64,000 nt of DNA, from NCBI RefSeq assembly GCF_009914755.1, contig NC_060926.1; one strand, 5' to 3'. Source of the DNA: the human T2T-CHM13v2.0 reference genome, Homo sapiens. A model generated the notes under the pieces. That model was given only the letters and a program-made list of their open reading frames with translations. It had not been told where the DNA came from and made no database searches. How positions within the stretch are numbered: the stretch's first letter is position 1; each line of letters opens with the position of its first letter. Made by a program: the position numbers and the translations under genes. Below, piece by piece: positions 32,125 to 45,705 of this stretch.

Positions 32125-32270
32125 TACACCATTCAATATGGTAGCCACTCCCCACCTGTAGCTAGCTAATGAGCACTTGAAATGTGACTAACATGACTAA
32201 AAAACACAATTTCTAAATTATTAAATAATTTATATTTAAATAGCTAATACTTTCATATTGGACAGTGAAG
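32125..32270. mobile_element. hAT-Charlie MITE fragment (MER3/MER33-like)
   Basis: 'caatatggtagccact...gagcacttgaaatgtgact...catattggacagtg'. Confidence 0.65.
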
Positions 32271-32356
32271 ATTTTCATGAAATGTATACATTTCCAGAAT
32301 GAAAAAAAAATAGCACACACGATGGAATAAAAAATTTGAATAGCCTTGTAAGTATT

Positions 32357-33978
32357 TAAATTGGTACCATTAAAATGGCACTGCTGAAAAGATACCCAAA
32401 AATGTGGAAGCAACTTTGGAACTGGGTAACAGGCAGAGGTTGGAATGGTTTGGAGAGCTCAGAAGACAACAGGAAAATGTGGGAAAGTTTGGAACTTCCT
32501 AGAGACTTGCTGAATGGCTTTGACCAAAATGCTTATAATGATATGGACAATGAAATCCAATCTGAGGTGGTCTCAGATAGAGATGAGGAACTTGTTGGGA
32601 GCTGGAGCAAAGGTGACTCTTGTTATGTTTTAGCAAAGAGATTGGCAGCACTTTTTTCCCCTGCCCTAGAGATTTGTGGAACTTTGAACTTGAGAGAGAT
32701 TATTTAGAGTATCTGGCAGAAGAAATTTCTAAGAAGCAAAGCATTCAGGAGGTGACTTGGGTGCTGTTAAAGCATTCAGTTTTGAAAGGGAAACACCACA
32801 TAAAAGTTTGGAAAATTTGCAGCCTGACCATGCAATAGAAAAGAAAATCTCATTTTCTGAGGGGAAATACAAGCAGCCTCCAGAAATTTGCATAAGTAAC
32901 AAGGAGCTGAATGTTAATCACCAAGACAATGAGGAAAATATCTCCAGGGCATGTCAGAGGTTTTCACAGCAGTTTCTCCCATTACAGGCCTGGAGGCCTA
33001 GGAGGAAAAAGTGGTTTTGCAGGCCAGGCCCAGAGTCCCTAGGCTGCATGTAGGTGGGGAGTGGCTACCATATTGAATGGTGCAGCCTAGGGACTTGGTG
33101 CCCTGCATCCTCACCACTCCTGCTGTGGCTGAAAGGAACCAACAGAGAACTCGGGCCACGGCCTTAAAGGATGCAAACCTCAAGCCTTGGCATCTTCCAC
33201 ATGGTGTTGAGCCTGCGAGTGCACAGAAGTCAAGAACTGGGATTTGTCAAGAACTCTGCCTAGATTTCAAAGGATGTACGGAAACACCTGGATGTCCAGG
33301 TAGATGTTTGCTACAGGGGCAGGGCCCTCATGGAGAACCTCTGCTATAGCAGTGCAGAAGGGAAATGTAGTCTCAGAGCCCCGACATAGAGTCCCTACTG
33401 GGGCACCACCTAGTGGAGCTGTGAGAAGAGGGCTACCATCCTCCAGACCCCAGAATGGTAGATCAACTAACAGCTTGCACCTGGAAAAGCCACAGACACT
33501 GAACACCAGACCGTGAAAGCAGCCAGGAGGGGGGTTATACCCTGCAAAGCCACAGGTATGAGCTTCCGCAGGCTGTGGGAGCCTACCTCTTGCATCAGTG
33601 TGATCTGGATGTGACACAAGGAGTCAAAGGAGATCATTTTGGAGCTTTAACATTTGACTGCTCTGCTAAATTTTGGACTTGCATGGGGCCTGTAGCCCCT
33701 TTGTTTTGGTCAATTTCTCCCATTTGGAATGGCTATATTTATCCAATGCCTGTACCACCCCCCACCCCCCCATTGTATCCAGGAAGTAACTAACTTGCTT
33801 TTAATTTTACAGGCTCATAGGCAGAAGGGACTTGCCTTGTCTCAGATGAGACTTTGGACTGTGTGCACTTTTGAGTTAATGTTGAAATGAGTTGGGGACT
33901 CATGTTGGGGACTGCTGAGAAGGCATGATTGATTTTGAAATGTGAGGGCATGAGATTTTGGAGGAGCCAGGGGCAGAA
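32357..33978 (+). mobile_element. THE1 (MaLR) internal sequence, no 5' LTR
   Basis: Starts 'taaattggtacc...ctgctgaaaagatacccaaaaatgtggaagcaactttggaactgggtaacaggcagaggttgg'; MaLR gag-like peptide MWESLELPRDLLNGFDQNA; ends 'ggagccaggggcagaa'. Confidence 0.93.
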
Positions 33979-34336
33979 TGATATGGTTTGACTGTGTCCC
34001 CACCCAAATCTCATCTTGAATTGTAACTCTGACAATTCCCATGTTTCATGGGAGGAACCCAGTGGGAGGTAATTGAATCATGGGGGTGCTGTTCTGTTCT
34101 CATGATAGTGAATAAGTCTCATGAAATGTGATGGTTTTTAAAATGGGGGTTTCCCTGCACAAGCTCTTTGCCTGCTGCCATCCATGTAAGATAAGACTTG
34201 CTCCTCCTTGCTTTCTGCCATGATTGTGAGGTGTCCTCAGTCATGTGGAACTGTAAGTCCATTAAGCCCTTTTTCCTGTATAAATTGCCCAGTCTTGGGT
34301 GTGTCTTTATCAGTAGCATGAAAATATACTAATATG
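33979..34336 (+). mobile_element. THE1B-like 3' LTR
   Basis: 'tgatatggtttgactgtgtccccacccaaatctcatcttgaattgta...ctttatcagtagcatgaaaatatactaata'. Confidence 0.92.
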
Positions 34337-34708
34337 ATATTAAGGAAATTAATTCTATAATTAAAAAATCTTCCTCAAAGAAATTTCCAAACACCATTGG
34401 TAACCCATTTCTTAAATCAGTCATTATAGTCTGATATATTAAGAGAAAAATTATAGTAATCTCAACAGATATAGAAAATTATTTGTACCTATTCAAATCT
34501 GTAGCAAAAAATCCAATAAAAGATATGCAAAATATCTAGACAGAAAAACCATAAAATAGTATATGGCAAATTTAAATTTAAAAATATGTAAATAAATGGA
34601 GATATTCCATACTCATGGATTGGAATATTCAACCCTCTCCTTCATATTTTTTAAATGGCTTCATTACAATCCCATTTAAAATAGCAAGAGATTTGAAAAA
34701 GGTCTAGG

Positions 34709-34921
34709 CCAGGGTTATGCAGACCACAGTCTGTGGGCCAAATTTGGACCTGCTGTTTATTTTGTAAATTTGTCACACCCATCTTTTGCATATTGTCTAT
34801 GGCTGCTTTTGAGCTACAATGGCAGAGTTGAATAACTATGACAGCATAACTATACTGTGTGCCCCACAATATCACCTTTATTTATTATTTGTCCCTTTAC
34901 AGAAAAGCTTCGGCAACTCTG
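34709..34921. mobile_element. MER58-like hAT-Charlie MITE
   Basis: 'cagggttatgcagaccacagtctgtgggccaaatttgg...ccctttacagaaaagcttcggcaactctg', flanked by CTAG-containing 8-mers. Confidence 0.75.
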
Positions 34922-35342
34922 GACCTAGACAATCTTAAAGGAGAACAAAATTAGGGGACACATATACTACTGAATATCAAGACACTATAAAGTAGCTAAG
35001 CAGTTAACTATCTTTATTATAAGAGTAGTTAAAATAACATGCTAGACAAACACAAATAGTCAAATCAATATCACAGATTATAGAGTTCAGAAAGACACTC
35101 TCACTTATATGGACAATTAAGTTAAGACCAGACCAGCGGGGACAGCACTGTGCTTTCAATGAAGGTGCCAAGTCAACTACATAACCTATGGAAAAATTAA
35201 TAGTCTTGACCCTATCTCATGCCATATACTAATATCAATTTTGGAGGCATTGTAAATTTAAATATGAAATGCTAAACCATAAAGCTTGTAGATGAGATCA
35301 TAGAATATCTTCATAATATTTAGCCATATTAGAAAGGGCACA

Positions 35343-35650
<308 letters not shown>

Positions 35651-35824
35651 AAAATGCACAAAATACTAATAAAGGAAAGACTAATTGTATGATATTAAAA
35701 TTAGAAAGTTCACTTTATTCCAAGTACATTAAAAAATAAAATGTTTAGCTATAATTAAAGAATATATCTATACATATCTAATCAACAAATGATATATATC
35801 TAATCTATATAAAAAATATACGTT

Positions 35825-38090
35825 AGACTTCTACTTTCAGCTCTGACATGTAAAGAGCTTATAAATTGTAACTTCCATCCTTATAAGCAAAAGCTGGACA
35901 AACTGACAATCAGTGGCTTTTCTTTGTCTCCTCAGAGATTTGGGGTTGCAAGAAAAACCACTATGCCACAATCCGAAAACACAGGCAAAGCCAGAACATC
36001 AGGACCAAGGTCTGATTACTTGGAGTAGAAGCCACAGGAGCCATAAGCTGGTTGGAACATTTCAATGGCAAATTTGGTAAATTGTTGGAGGCTGAGTGAG
36101 GAATAGCGTTAGAGTGAGAAATTTCTGCCAGTCTCCACTATTTTGTGGGCTTTACCTCCAGGAAGCCCACTTTTGTGAACATTGTGAACACCAGAGAAAG
36201 ATCCTCTCTGGGCTCTGGAAGGAGAAGAAGAAGAGTAATAATTATGAAATGCACTGAGCCTTCTCTACAACAAAGGCCTATTTTATAGGGAAAAGTACTT
36301 TGCCAGAGTCTTATGCTAACTGAGGGAAGAAAATTCCTTCTGCACTATCTCCCTCTAGCATTTTTGCCTCTCTGGGCAGGTGGGGGGAGGGTTGGGGTGG
36401 TGGTGATGGTGACACAAACATAGTCACAGTCACAGGTGTTAGTGGTTTGAGTAAAGAGGTCAAGAATGCTGCAGCTAAGGGAGGGAGTTAAAAAAGAAGA
36501 TAAAATAGAAAGGAAAAGGTATGTCATTGTAGAAACAATTTATGAAAGTCATGTGCCTATCTTGATTGAAATTTAATTGGAAGATTATAGAATGTTTTCT
36601 TCACCCTTACCTTACCACTGTGCCAACAGGGCTCTGGCATAATCACAGTGATTAGTATTGTAAAAGCTGCAAAACACAGACTTTCTGAGGGGAAGTACTT
36701 AAGGAAGCCTAAAGTCAAGAAATAAGGCAAAAACTAAGATACTACTGTAACTGAAGCAAACATTAAACACTGTCAAATTACCAGCCAGATTAATATAAAT
36801 TGTCACTATAAAGATCTATTTATTCAGTTTCTGTTACCTGATAAACATGTGAGAGGTTCAACAAAATTTGCAAGTCATTCCTAAAGGCAAGAAGAAAACA
36901 CACTCTGAAGAGACAAAGCAATTATCCAAACAGACTCCAACATGACACAGCTGTTAGAATTATGAGACAGGAAATTTTAAAGAATTATAATTAGGATGTG
37001 ATATAGTTTGGATATTTGCCCCCCCAACTTCATGTTGAATTGTCATCTCCAATGTTGGAGGTGAGGCCCAGTGGAAGGTGATATGATAATGGGGATGGAA
37101 TTCATATGAATGGCTTGGCAGCATTCCCTTGGTGCTGTCCTCATGATAGTTTGTTCTCATGAGATCTGGTTGTTTAAAAGTATGTAATACCTTCCCCCTT
37201 GCTCTCTCTTGCTTCTGGTTTCACCATGTGTTGTGCCTGTTCCTGCTTCACCTTCTGCCAAGAGAAAAGATCTCTGAGGCCTCACCAGAAACCAAGCAGA
37301 TACCCGTGCCATGCTTGTACAGCCTGCAGGACTGTCAACCAATTAAATCTCTTTTCTTTGTGGGTTACTAATCCTAGGGTATTTCTTTATAGCAATGCAA
37401 GAATGGCCCGACACAGGATGTTAAAAGTTCTAATGTCCTTTGGATTGGAAAAAGTAGACAATATGCCAGAATAGATGGATAATGTAGGCAGAGAGTTGGA
37501 ATAGCTAAGAAAAAAAAAAAAGAAAACACCAGAAATCAAAACCATAAATGAATAATGACTTTGATGCACTCCTCAATAGATTTGACAAAGCTAAGTAAAC
37601 AAATCAGTGATCTTGAAGATAAGGTCAATAAAAACGTGTATACATCTAAAAACAGACCCAAATATATGAGGCAAAACATGATAGAGCTGAAAAGAGAAAT
37701 AGACAAATGTACTATTATAGATGGAGACTTCTGCGTTCCTCTATCAGTAATTGATAGACCAGCAGGCAGAAAATTAGTAAGATGTAGGTGACCTGAATAG
37801 CACCATTAATCAACTTGATGTACTTGACATTCACAGAATGCTTTATTCAACAATAGCAGGATACATATTCTTCATCAAGCTCACATAGAACTTCCTTGCA
37901 CATAGGCAATAAAACACATCTGAACAAAAAAAGAATTGAAATCATACAAATTATTTTCTCTGACCACAATGGAATTAAACTAGAAATCAGTAACAGAAAA
38001 GTAACTGGAAAAATCCTAAATGCTTGGAAGTCAAACAACATACTTGTAAATAACCCATGGGTCAAAGAAATCTCCATAGAAATTTAAAAA
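35825..38090 (+). mobile_element. Old L1M 5' region with ORF1/ORF2 remnants
   Basis: ORFs 37555-37791 (KYMRQNMIELKREIDKCTIIDGDF) and 37896-38087 (FSDHNGIKLEIS) are L1 endonuclease-like. The 5' boundary is approximate. Confidence 0.6.
36999..37415 (+). mobile_element. MSTB-like MaLR solo LTR
   Basis: TG...CA termini and an exact 5-bp TSD GGATG (36994-36998 and 37416-37420); 'gaggcctcaccagaaaccaagcagat...cttgtacagcctgcag'. Confidence 0.9.
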
Positions 38091-41000
38091 GGCCCATAGG
38101 AGTGACAATAGCCAGATGGCTGACTAGAACTTTTTAGTACTCTTTCTCCCCATGAAAAAACCCAAATAACAAATAAGCTGCATTTTACCAAAAGAACTAA
38201 AGGAGAACACCAGAGAATAGCAAAGAAGCAGCAGAAATCCTGTAGAGCACAGAAACCCACAGTAGTTCCACAGAGAAGAAATGAAACACCTTGCCTACAC
38301 CACCTCATTCTCCCAGTTGGAATTAGTTCAGAACAAGGAGGGACTTTCTGGTAAGCAAGAAGACCCCACCAGCCCCAATCACCACCATGGACACTTACAG
38401 TCTTTGCTACTGGAGACACCTGCAGTCCTCACAGGTTCTGAGGCCCACTTGAGGGAGATCTCCAGAGTCTACATTCTGAGTTAGCCCCAGAGAAGGAGAT
38501 GATACTGTGACTTGCCTCACTACCCCCACCCTCACACCCTGCTGTGGCCCGTGTTGCTACTGTTCTGCACCATTTTGGAACTGGAGCCACTGTTAGAATG
38601 CGTCCTGCTCCAGGTCAAGTAGGCTTGCACCACTCCATCCCTGAGGCTCAGCGCCACTGCACCACATGCACCTGGTAGCCTGCTATCCCTAAGCGTAGCT
38701 GCTACTATCACCTACATCCTAGGGCCAAGATACTGCAGAGCCAGTCCATCCTTCCAGGCACTGGTACATCCTCCCCCTAGGTTAAAACAGATGCAGTGCC
38801 CCACTCCTGAAAGACCTCAGGCCTCTGGCACACCAGAGTAGTCACACCTTCCCACACCATAGGTGAGGCAGCATCTCCCCGTCAGGAGCTCTGAGCCTCT
38901 GGCACACTGGAGCACTTGCACCTCCCAGCACCACAGCTGCCCCACTTCCAGGGATCCAGAAGCTCTGCTGACTCATGTAGATGTGCTTTCTGGTGACTGA
39001 GAAGACATTGTGCTTTATGCCTCAGAGAATCAGAGCCTAGGCTGAGCTATGACACTCAGCTCAGGCTGAATAGCCACAGTGCCCCGGCTACCTAAAACTA
39101 GACTAGTACCTCACAGGCTAAGCTGCTGAAGCACTGTGCCTTTTTAGGGAGTGGAGCCATTGCTGTGCTGCTCCCCACACTCCCAGAGCATAAGCCACAG
39201 TAGCATTTTGTCATTCCTGGATCCTTGCTACTCCTGAACCTGGTCCCACCAGTAGCATGTCTACTGTCATGTCCCACCATCTCAGGATCCAAAGTCACCA
39301 CTCATCCCCCAGAGCCTGAGCTGCCACTATGTTCTGATGGCTCTGGGTCCCAAATTGCAGTTGTACCCTGCTCCCAGGGACCTAGCCTCCAGTGTACTCC
39401 TTCTTCCCCAGAACTGTGCAGTGCTGTGCCTCCCACTGCAGGTCAGAACCAAAGCTACATTCCAGCCCCCCTGGGCCTGAGCTGCTGAATTGGGCCTCAG
39501 AACAATAGACCCCTAGCTTAGTGGAAGAACTGCATCCCCTCATACCTTAAAGAGTACATATGTGCCTCAAGTCACAGGTGCTATAGTAATTTTCAAGACA
39601 CTGAGCCTAGGAACCCACTCCACAGCTGCTTTGAGCACCTGTGCCTGGGATCCCAGTGCCATTATGGCTGCCTATAGGCTGTGTCAGATCCAATACCAAG
39701 AAAGACCCCCTCAGCTAAGACTCCACACTGTTAGGACGATAAGAACAGAAGTATCCCTAAAGCCCCTGACCTTATAACCTATCCAGCCACTGCCACTGCC
39801 ACAAACTCCTGAAGCCTAGGTCACTGAAGCACTTGTGTGCATTGTTAACATTGATCCTAATGGAAGAAACTACACAGAGACATACTACTGTGTCCACATG
39901 GAACCAGAGCAACCATACCTTGCCCAACTGGCACCTTCAGGGCCAACTACAGGTGAAAGTCTTCTCCAATGAAAGCCACTCTGTAAAGGAGGTGGTGACT
40001 GCACCATCAGGTGTGCAAACATCAACAAAAGGATGTAAGAAATATAAAAAGGAAAGAAACCTGACACCACCAAAGAAACACATACCTCTTTAGTAATATA
40101 CTTCCCAAAAATAGAAATTTATGAATTGCCTGAAAAAAAGTTCAAATTAATAATCATAAGGAAACTCAGTGAGATATAAAAGGATACAAATAGATAATGC
40201 ATTAAAATCAGGAAAATAACTCATCATCTGAATAAGAAACTCAACAAAGAGGTACATACATAAAAAAAGCAGAAATCTTGGAGCTAAATAATTTAATTAA
40301 TAAAACAAATATACTGTTGAGAGCTTCAAGAGCAGACTAGATCAAGCAAGGAAAAGTTGTGAACTTGAAGGTAGGTCTTTTGAAATGACTTGTTCAGAGG
40401 GATAAAAAGAAAAAAGAATGATAAAGAGTGAAGAAATCCTAGAGGACTTATGAGACACCATTGAGCAAACAGATATTCATTCACATTATGAAAATTATGG
40501 AAGGAGAAGAGACAGATAAATGTTCAGAAAGCTTATTTAACATAAAAAAGATGAAAACTTTCCAAGTCTTGAAAGATAAATGAATATTTAGGTCCATGAA
40601 GCTCAAAAGTTTCTAAATAGATTCATCCTAAAGATGCAATTTCCAAGGCCCATTTTTTTCAAATTTTCAAAAGTCAAAGACAAAGACAGAGCTTTAAACA
40701 TAGCAAGGGAAAATAATTAAGTAATAATGCTTTTCCTTTCCACATATAAGGAAATTTCAATTGGACTATCAACAGATTTCTCAACAAAAACCTTACAGGT
40801 CAAGAGAGAATGAGATAAATATTCAAAGTGCTGTTAGAAAAAATTATCAGACAAGAATACCATGCCCAGCAAAATTATCTATCCAAAATGAAGGAGAAAT
40901 AAAGCTTTTCACAGACAAGCAAAAACTGAGGAAATTCATTACCACTAGACTTACCTTACAAGAAGTGCTTAAGGGGGTTCTTCAAGTAGAAATAAAAGGA

Positions 41001-42081
41001 TAATAATCACAAATACATATAAATACATGTGAATTATACATAATTAAATCTTAAATACATGTATGAGTTTATCACAAAGTATGAAACTAACTAATACCAG
41101 TAAACATGTGATCAAATCCAGAATATTTAAATATTGTAATGTTGGTGAATAGATCATATATATCTCTAGTATGAAGATATGTTTTGACTCTTAGTAGAGT
41201 CGAAATGGCCAAAAATAACTAAAGCTACAATTACTTGTTAAGGAATACATAATATAAAAAGATGTAAATTGTGACATCAAATCATACATTGTGGAAGGGT
41301 AGGGTAAAAGCCTAGAGATTTTGTATGTGACAGATGTTAAGTTGCTATCAGCTTAAAATAGTAGATTATAATCATGAGGCATTATAGAAGTTTCATGCTA
41401 ATCACAAAACAACAACAAAAACCTACAAAAGCTAGTAATAAAGAGGAGGGAATAAGAGGTTAGCACTACAGAAAATTATCACATCACAAACATAACATAC
41501 ACAACAAGTGAGAAAGAAAGGAAAAAGGATCTACAAAACAACTGGAAAACCAATAATAAAATGGCAGTAGTAAGTCCTCACCTATCAAAGGTAACCTTGA
41601 GTTGAAATGAATTAAATTCCCCAATCAAAAGACAGAATGGTTGAGTGAATTTAAAAAAAAAAAAATCTAACGATATGCTGTCTACAAGAGACCAACTTAA
41701 GCTTTAAAGGTACACATGAGCTGAATGGAAAAGGATGAAAGAAGATATTCCATGTAAATGGTAACTGAAAGAGAACAGGGGTGACTATACTTATATCTGA
41801 TAAAAAGACTTCAAGTCAAAAATTGCAAGAGACAAATGGTCATTATTTAATGATAAAGGGGTCAATTTGTCAATAGGAAATAACCATTATAAATATCTAT
41901 GCACCCAGCAGAGAAGCACCTAAATACATAAAACAAATATTAATGGAAGGGAGAAATAGAAATAAAATATTAGTATTGGGTTTCAGTACCCCACTTTTAA
42001 AAATAAATAAATCAACAAGACAAAAAAAATAAGAAAATTCTAATTTTGAATTGCCCGTTTGACCAAATGGACCTAACAGAA

Positions 42082-42488
42082 TGTCCTAGTCCATTTTTTT
42101 GCTCCTATAACTGAATACCTGAGACTGGGTAACTTAGAAAGAACAGAGATCTATTTCTTACAGTTCTAGAGGCTGGAAAGTACAAGGCTGATGGGCGTGC
42201 ATCTGATGAGAGGCTTCTTGCTACATCATTCCATGGCAGAAGGCAGAAGGCAAGAGAACATGTGCATACATTAGAGAGGAAAGGGGCTGAACTCATTCTT
42301 TCATCAGGAGCCCAATCCCACAATAAGACTCTGACTCCTCTGATTACAACTTAACCCATTCATGAGGGGAAAGCCTTTGTGACTTAATCATCACTTAAAG
42401 GTCCCACCTCTCAACACTGTTACATTGGGAATTAGATTTCCAACACAAAATCTTAAAAACTTTGGCAGAACATATTTAATCCATAGCA
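42082..42488 (-). mobile_element. MST-family MaLR solo LTR
   Basis: 'tgtcctagtccatttttttgctcctataactgaatacctgagactgggtaa...aatccatagca'; TSD CAGA(A/C). Confidence 0.87.
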
Positions 42489-42838
42489 CAGACATACACA
42501 TAACTTTTCACCCAACAGCAGCAGAATGCACATTTTTCTCTAGCACATGTGAAATATTCTCCAGTATAGACCATATGTTAGACCATGAATATTTAAGAAG
42601 ATTAAAATAATGTCTAGTATCATTTCAGAACACAATAGTATAAAACTGGAAATCAATATCAGTAGGAATCTTAGAAAATTACAAATATTTGAAAATTAAA
42701 CAACATGCTCCTAAACAACCAATGGCTCAAAGAGGAAATTGAGCCAAATGTCATGAGACAAATGGCAATGGAAACACAACATTCCAAAACCCATCATGTG
42801 CTTCAAAAACAGACCTAAAAAGAAAGTTTATAACAACA

Positions 42839-43172
<334 letters not shown>

Positions 43173-43191
43173 CTACATTAAAAATGTAGAG

Positions 43192-45173
43192 GAAGGTGGT
43201 AGGCAAAATGGCCAAATAGGAACAGCTCTGGTCTGCAGCTCCCAGCGAGATTAAGGCAGAAGGGGGTAATTTCTGCATTTCCAACTGAGGTACCTGGCTC
43301 ATCTCACTGGGAATGGTTAGACAGTTGGGTGTAGCCCACAGAGGGTGAGCTGAAGTAGGATGGGGTGTCACCTCACCTGGGAAGCGCAAGAGGTCGGGGA
43401 ACTCCATCATCTAGCCAAGGGAAGCCTTGAGGGACTGTGCCATGTGAAATGGTGCATTCCAGCCCAGATACTATACTTTTCCCATGGTCTTTGCTACCCA
43501 CAGGCCTGGAGATTGCCTCAGGTGCTTACACCACCAGGGCCCTGGATTTCAAGCACAAAAGTTGGCAGCCATTTGGGCAGACACCGAGCTAGCAGCAGGA
43601 GTTTTTTTTCATACCACAATGATGCCTGGAACATTAGTGAGACAGAACCGTTCACTCCCCTAGAAAGGGAGCTGAAGCCAGGGAGCCAAGTGGCCTAGCT
43701 CAGCAGATCCCACTCCCATGGAGCCCAGCAAGCTAAGATCCACTGGTTTGAAATTCTCACTGCCAGTACAGCAGTCTGAAGTCAACCTGGGACACTCAAG
43801 CTTGGTGGTGGGAGGGGCATTTACCATTACTGAGGCTTAAGTAAGCTGTTTTCCCCTCACAGTGTAAACAAACCCACCAGGAAGTTTGAATTGGGCGGAG
43901 CCCACTGCAGCTCAGCAAAGCTGCTATAGCCAGACTGCCTCTCTAAATTCCTCCTCTCTGGGCAGGGCATCTCTGAAAGAAAAGCAGCAGACCCAGTCAG
44001 GGGCTTATAGATAAAATTCCCATCTTCCTGAGACAGAGCACCTGGGGGAAGGGATGGGATGGCTGTGGGCACAGCTTCAGCAGACTTAAACGTTCCTGCC
44101 TGCCAGCTCTGAAGAGAGCAGCAGATCTCCCAAAGCAGTGCTCAAGCTCTGCAAAGGGACAGACTCCCTCCTCAAGTGGGTCCCTTAACCCTGGGCCACC
44201 TGACTGGGAGACATCTCCCAGCAGGGGTCGACAGACACCTCATACAGGAGAGCTCCGGCTGGCATCTTGTGGGTGCCCCACTGGGATGAAGCTTCCAGAG
44301 GAAGGAACAGGTAAAATTCTTTCCTGTTCTGCAGCCTCCACTGGTGATACCCAGGCAAACACCGTCTGGAGTGGACTCGCAGCAAACTCCAGCAGAACTG
44401 CAGCAGAGGGGCCTGACTGTTAGAAGGGAAACTAACAAACAGAAAGGAATCACATCAACATCAACAAAAAGGACGTCCACTCAAAAACCTCATCTGAAGG
44501 TCACCAACATCAAAGACCAAAGGTAGATAAATCCATCAAGATGAGGAAAAAACAGCATAAAAAGGCTGAAAATTCTAAAAATGGAAATGCCTCTTCTCCA
44601 AAGGATCACGACTCCTTGCCAGCAAGGGAACAAAACTGGATGGAGAATGAGCTTGACAAATTGACAGAAGTAGGATTATAAATTATTCTATTATAAAGAC
44701 ATGTGCACATGTATATTTATTGCAGCACTATTCAAAATAGCAAAGAGTTAGAACCAATCCAAATGCCCATCAATGATAGACTGGATAAAGAAAATGTGGC
44801 ACATATACACCATGGAATACTGTGCAGCCATAAAAAAGGATGCATTCATGTCCTTTGCAGGGACATGGATGAAGCTGGAAACCATCATTCGCAGCACACT
44901 AACACAGGAATAGAAAACTAAACACCACATTATCACTTGTAAGTAGGAGTTGAACAGTGAGAACACATGGACACAAGGAAGGGAACATCACATACTGGGG
45001 CCTGTTGGGGGGTAGAGGTCTAGGGGAGGGATAGCATTAGGAGAAATGCCTAATGCAGATGATGGTTTAATGGGTGCAGCAAACCATTATGGCACATGTA
45101 TACCTATGTAACACCTGCATGTTCTGCACATGTATCCCAGAACTTAAAGTATAATTTAAAAAAGAAAAAAAAA
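43192..45173 (+). mobile_element. L1PA7/8-type element: complete 5' UTR and ORF1 start fused to the last ~500 bp of the element
   Basis: 'aaaatggccaaataggaacagctctggtctgcagctcccagcg' 5' end, ORF1 ATG at 44541, junction at about 44672, 3' end 'cccagaacttaaagtataatttaaaaaa'. Confidence 0.9.
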
Positions 45174-45402
45174 CAGAAGTGAATATTGACAAATATCCAT
45201 TTTTGTCATAGAAAAAAGTTATATAATAACTTCAACATGTGTTTCTCCACTAATAATTAGGGTGTGTCTTCACATTTACAAGAGTCATTTGTAGTTCCTT
45301 ATCTGTGACCTATCTATTCATATTCTTTGCTCATTTTTCTAAATAGCTGTTGTTCTTTTTCTCATTGATTTGGAAAAGCTCTATATGTATAAGAAAATTA
45401 TC

Positions 45403-45705
45403 AGCCAGGCACAGTGGCTCACATCTGTAATTCCAGCACTTTGGAGGCCGAGTTGGGGGGATCACTTGAGGTCAGGAGTTTGAGACCAGCCTGGCCAACA
45501 TGAAGAAACCCTGTCTCTACTAAAAATACAAAAATTAGCTGGTCGTGGTGGTACGTGTCTGTAATCCCAGCTACTCAGGAGGCTGGGTCAGAGGAATCAC
45601 TTGAACCAGGAGGCAAAGACTGCAGTGAGCCGAGATTGTGCCACTATACTCTAGCCTGGGTGACAGAGCAAGACTCTGTCTCAAAAAAAAAAAAAAAAAG
45701 GAAAA
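45403..45705 (+). mobile_element. AluSz/Sx-like element
   Basis: Full dimer with a 12-bp TSD AAGAAAATTATC (45391-45402 and 45706-45717). Confidence 0.95.

Noticed and set aside
33403-33416. CTCF-like motif CCACTAGGTGGTGC (minus strand)
   Set aside because: Mismatch at a core position, and it is a generic part of THE1-int.
32375-33793. Cluster of overlapping 60-116 aa ORFs
   Set aside because: Decayed MaLR internal sequence with frameshifts; no intact protein.
36374-36397. Potential G-quadruplex (four G3+ runs)
   Set aside because: Common in old L1 sequence; no independent support for function.
44660-44690. Possible spliced L1 RNA (GT donor in ORF1, AG acceptor in ORF2)
   Set aside because: The junction retains 'GTAGG', whereas splicing would have removed the GT. 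Microhomology deletion fits better.
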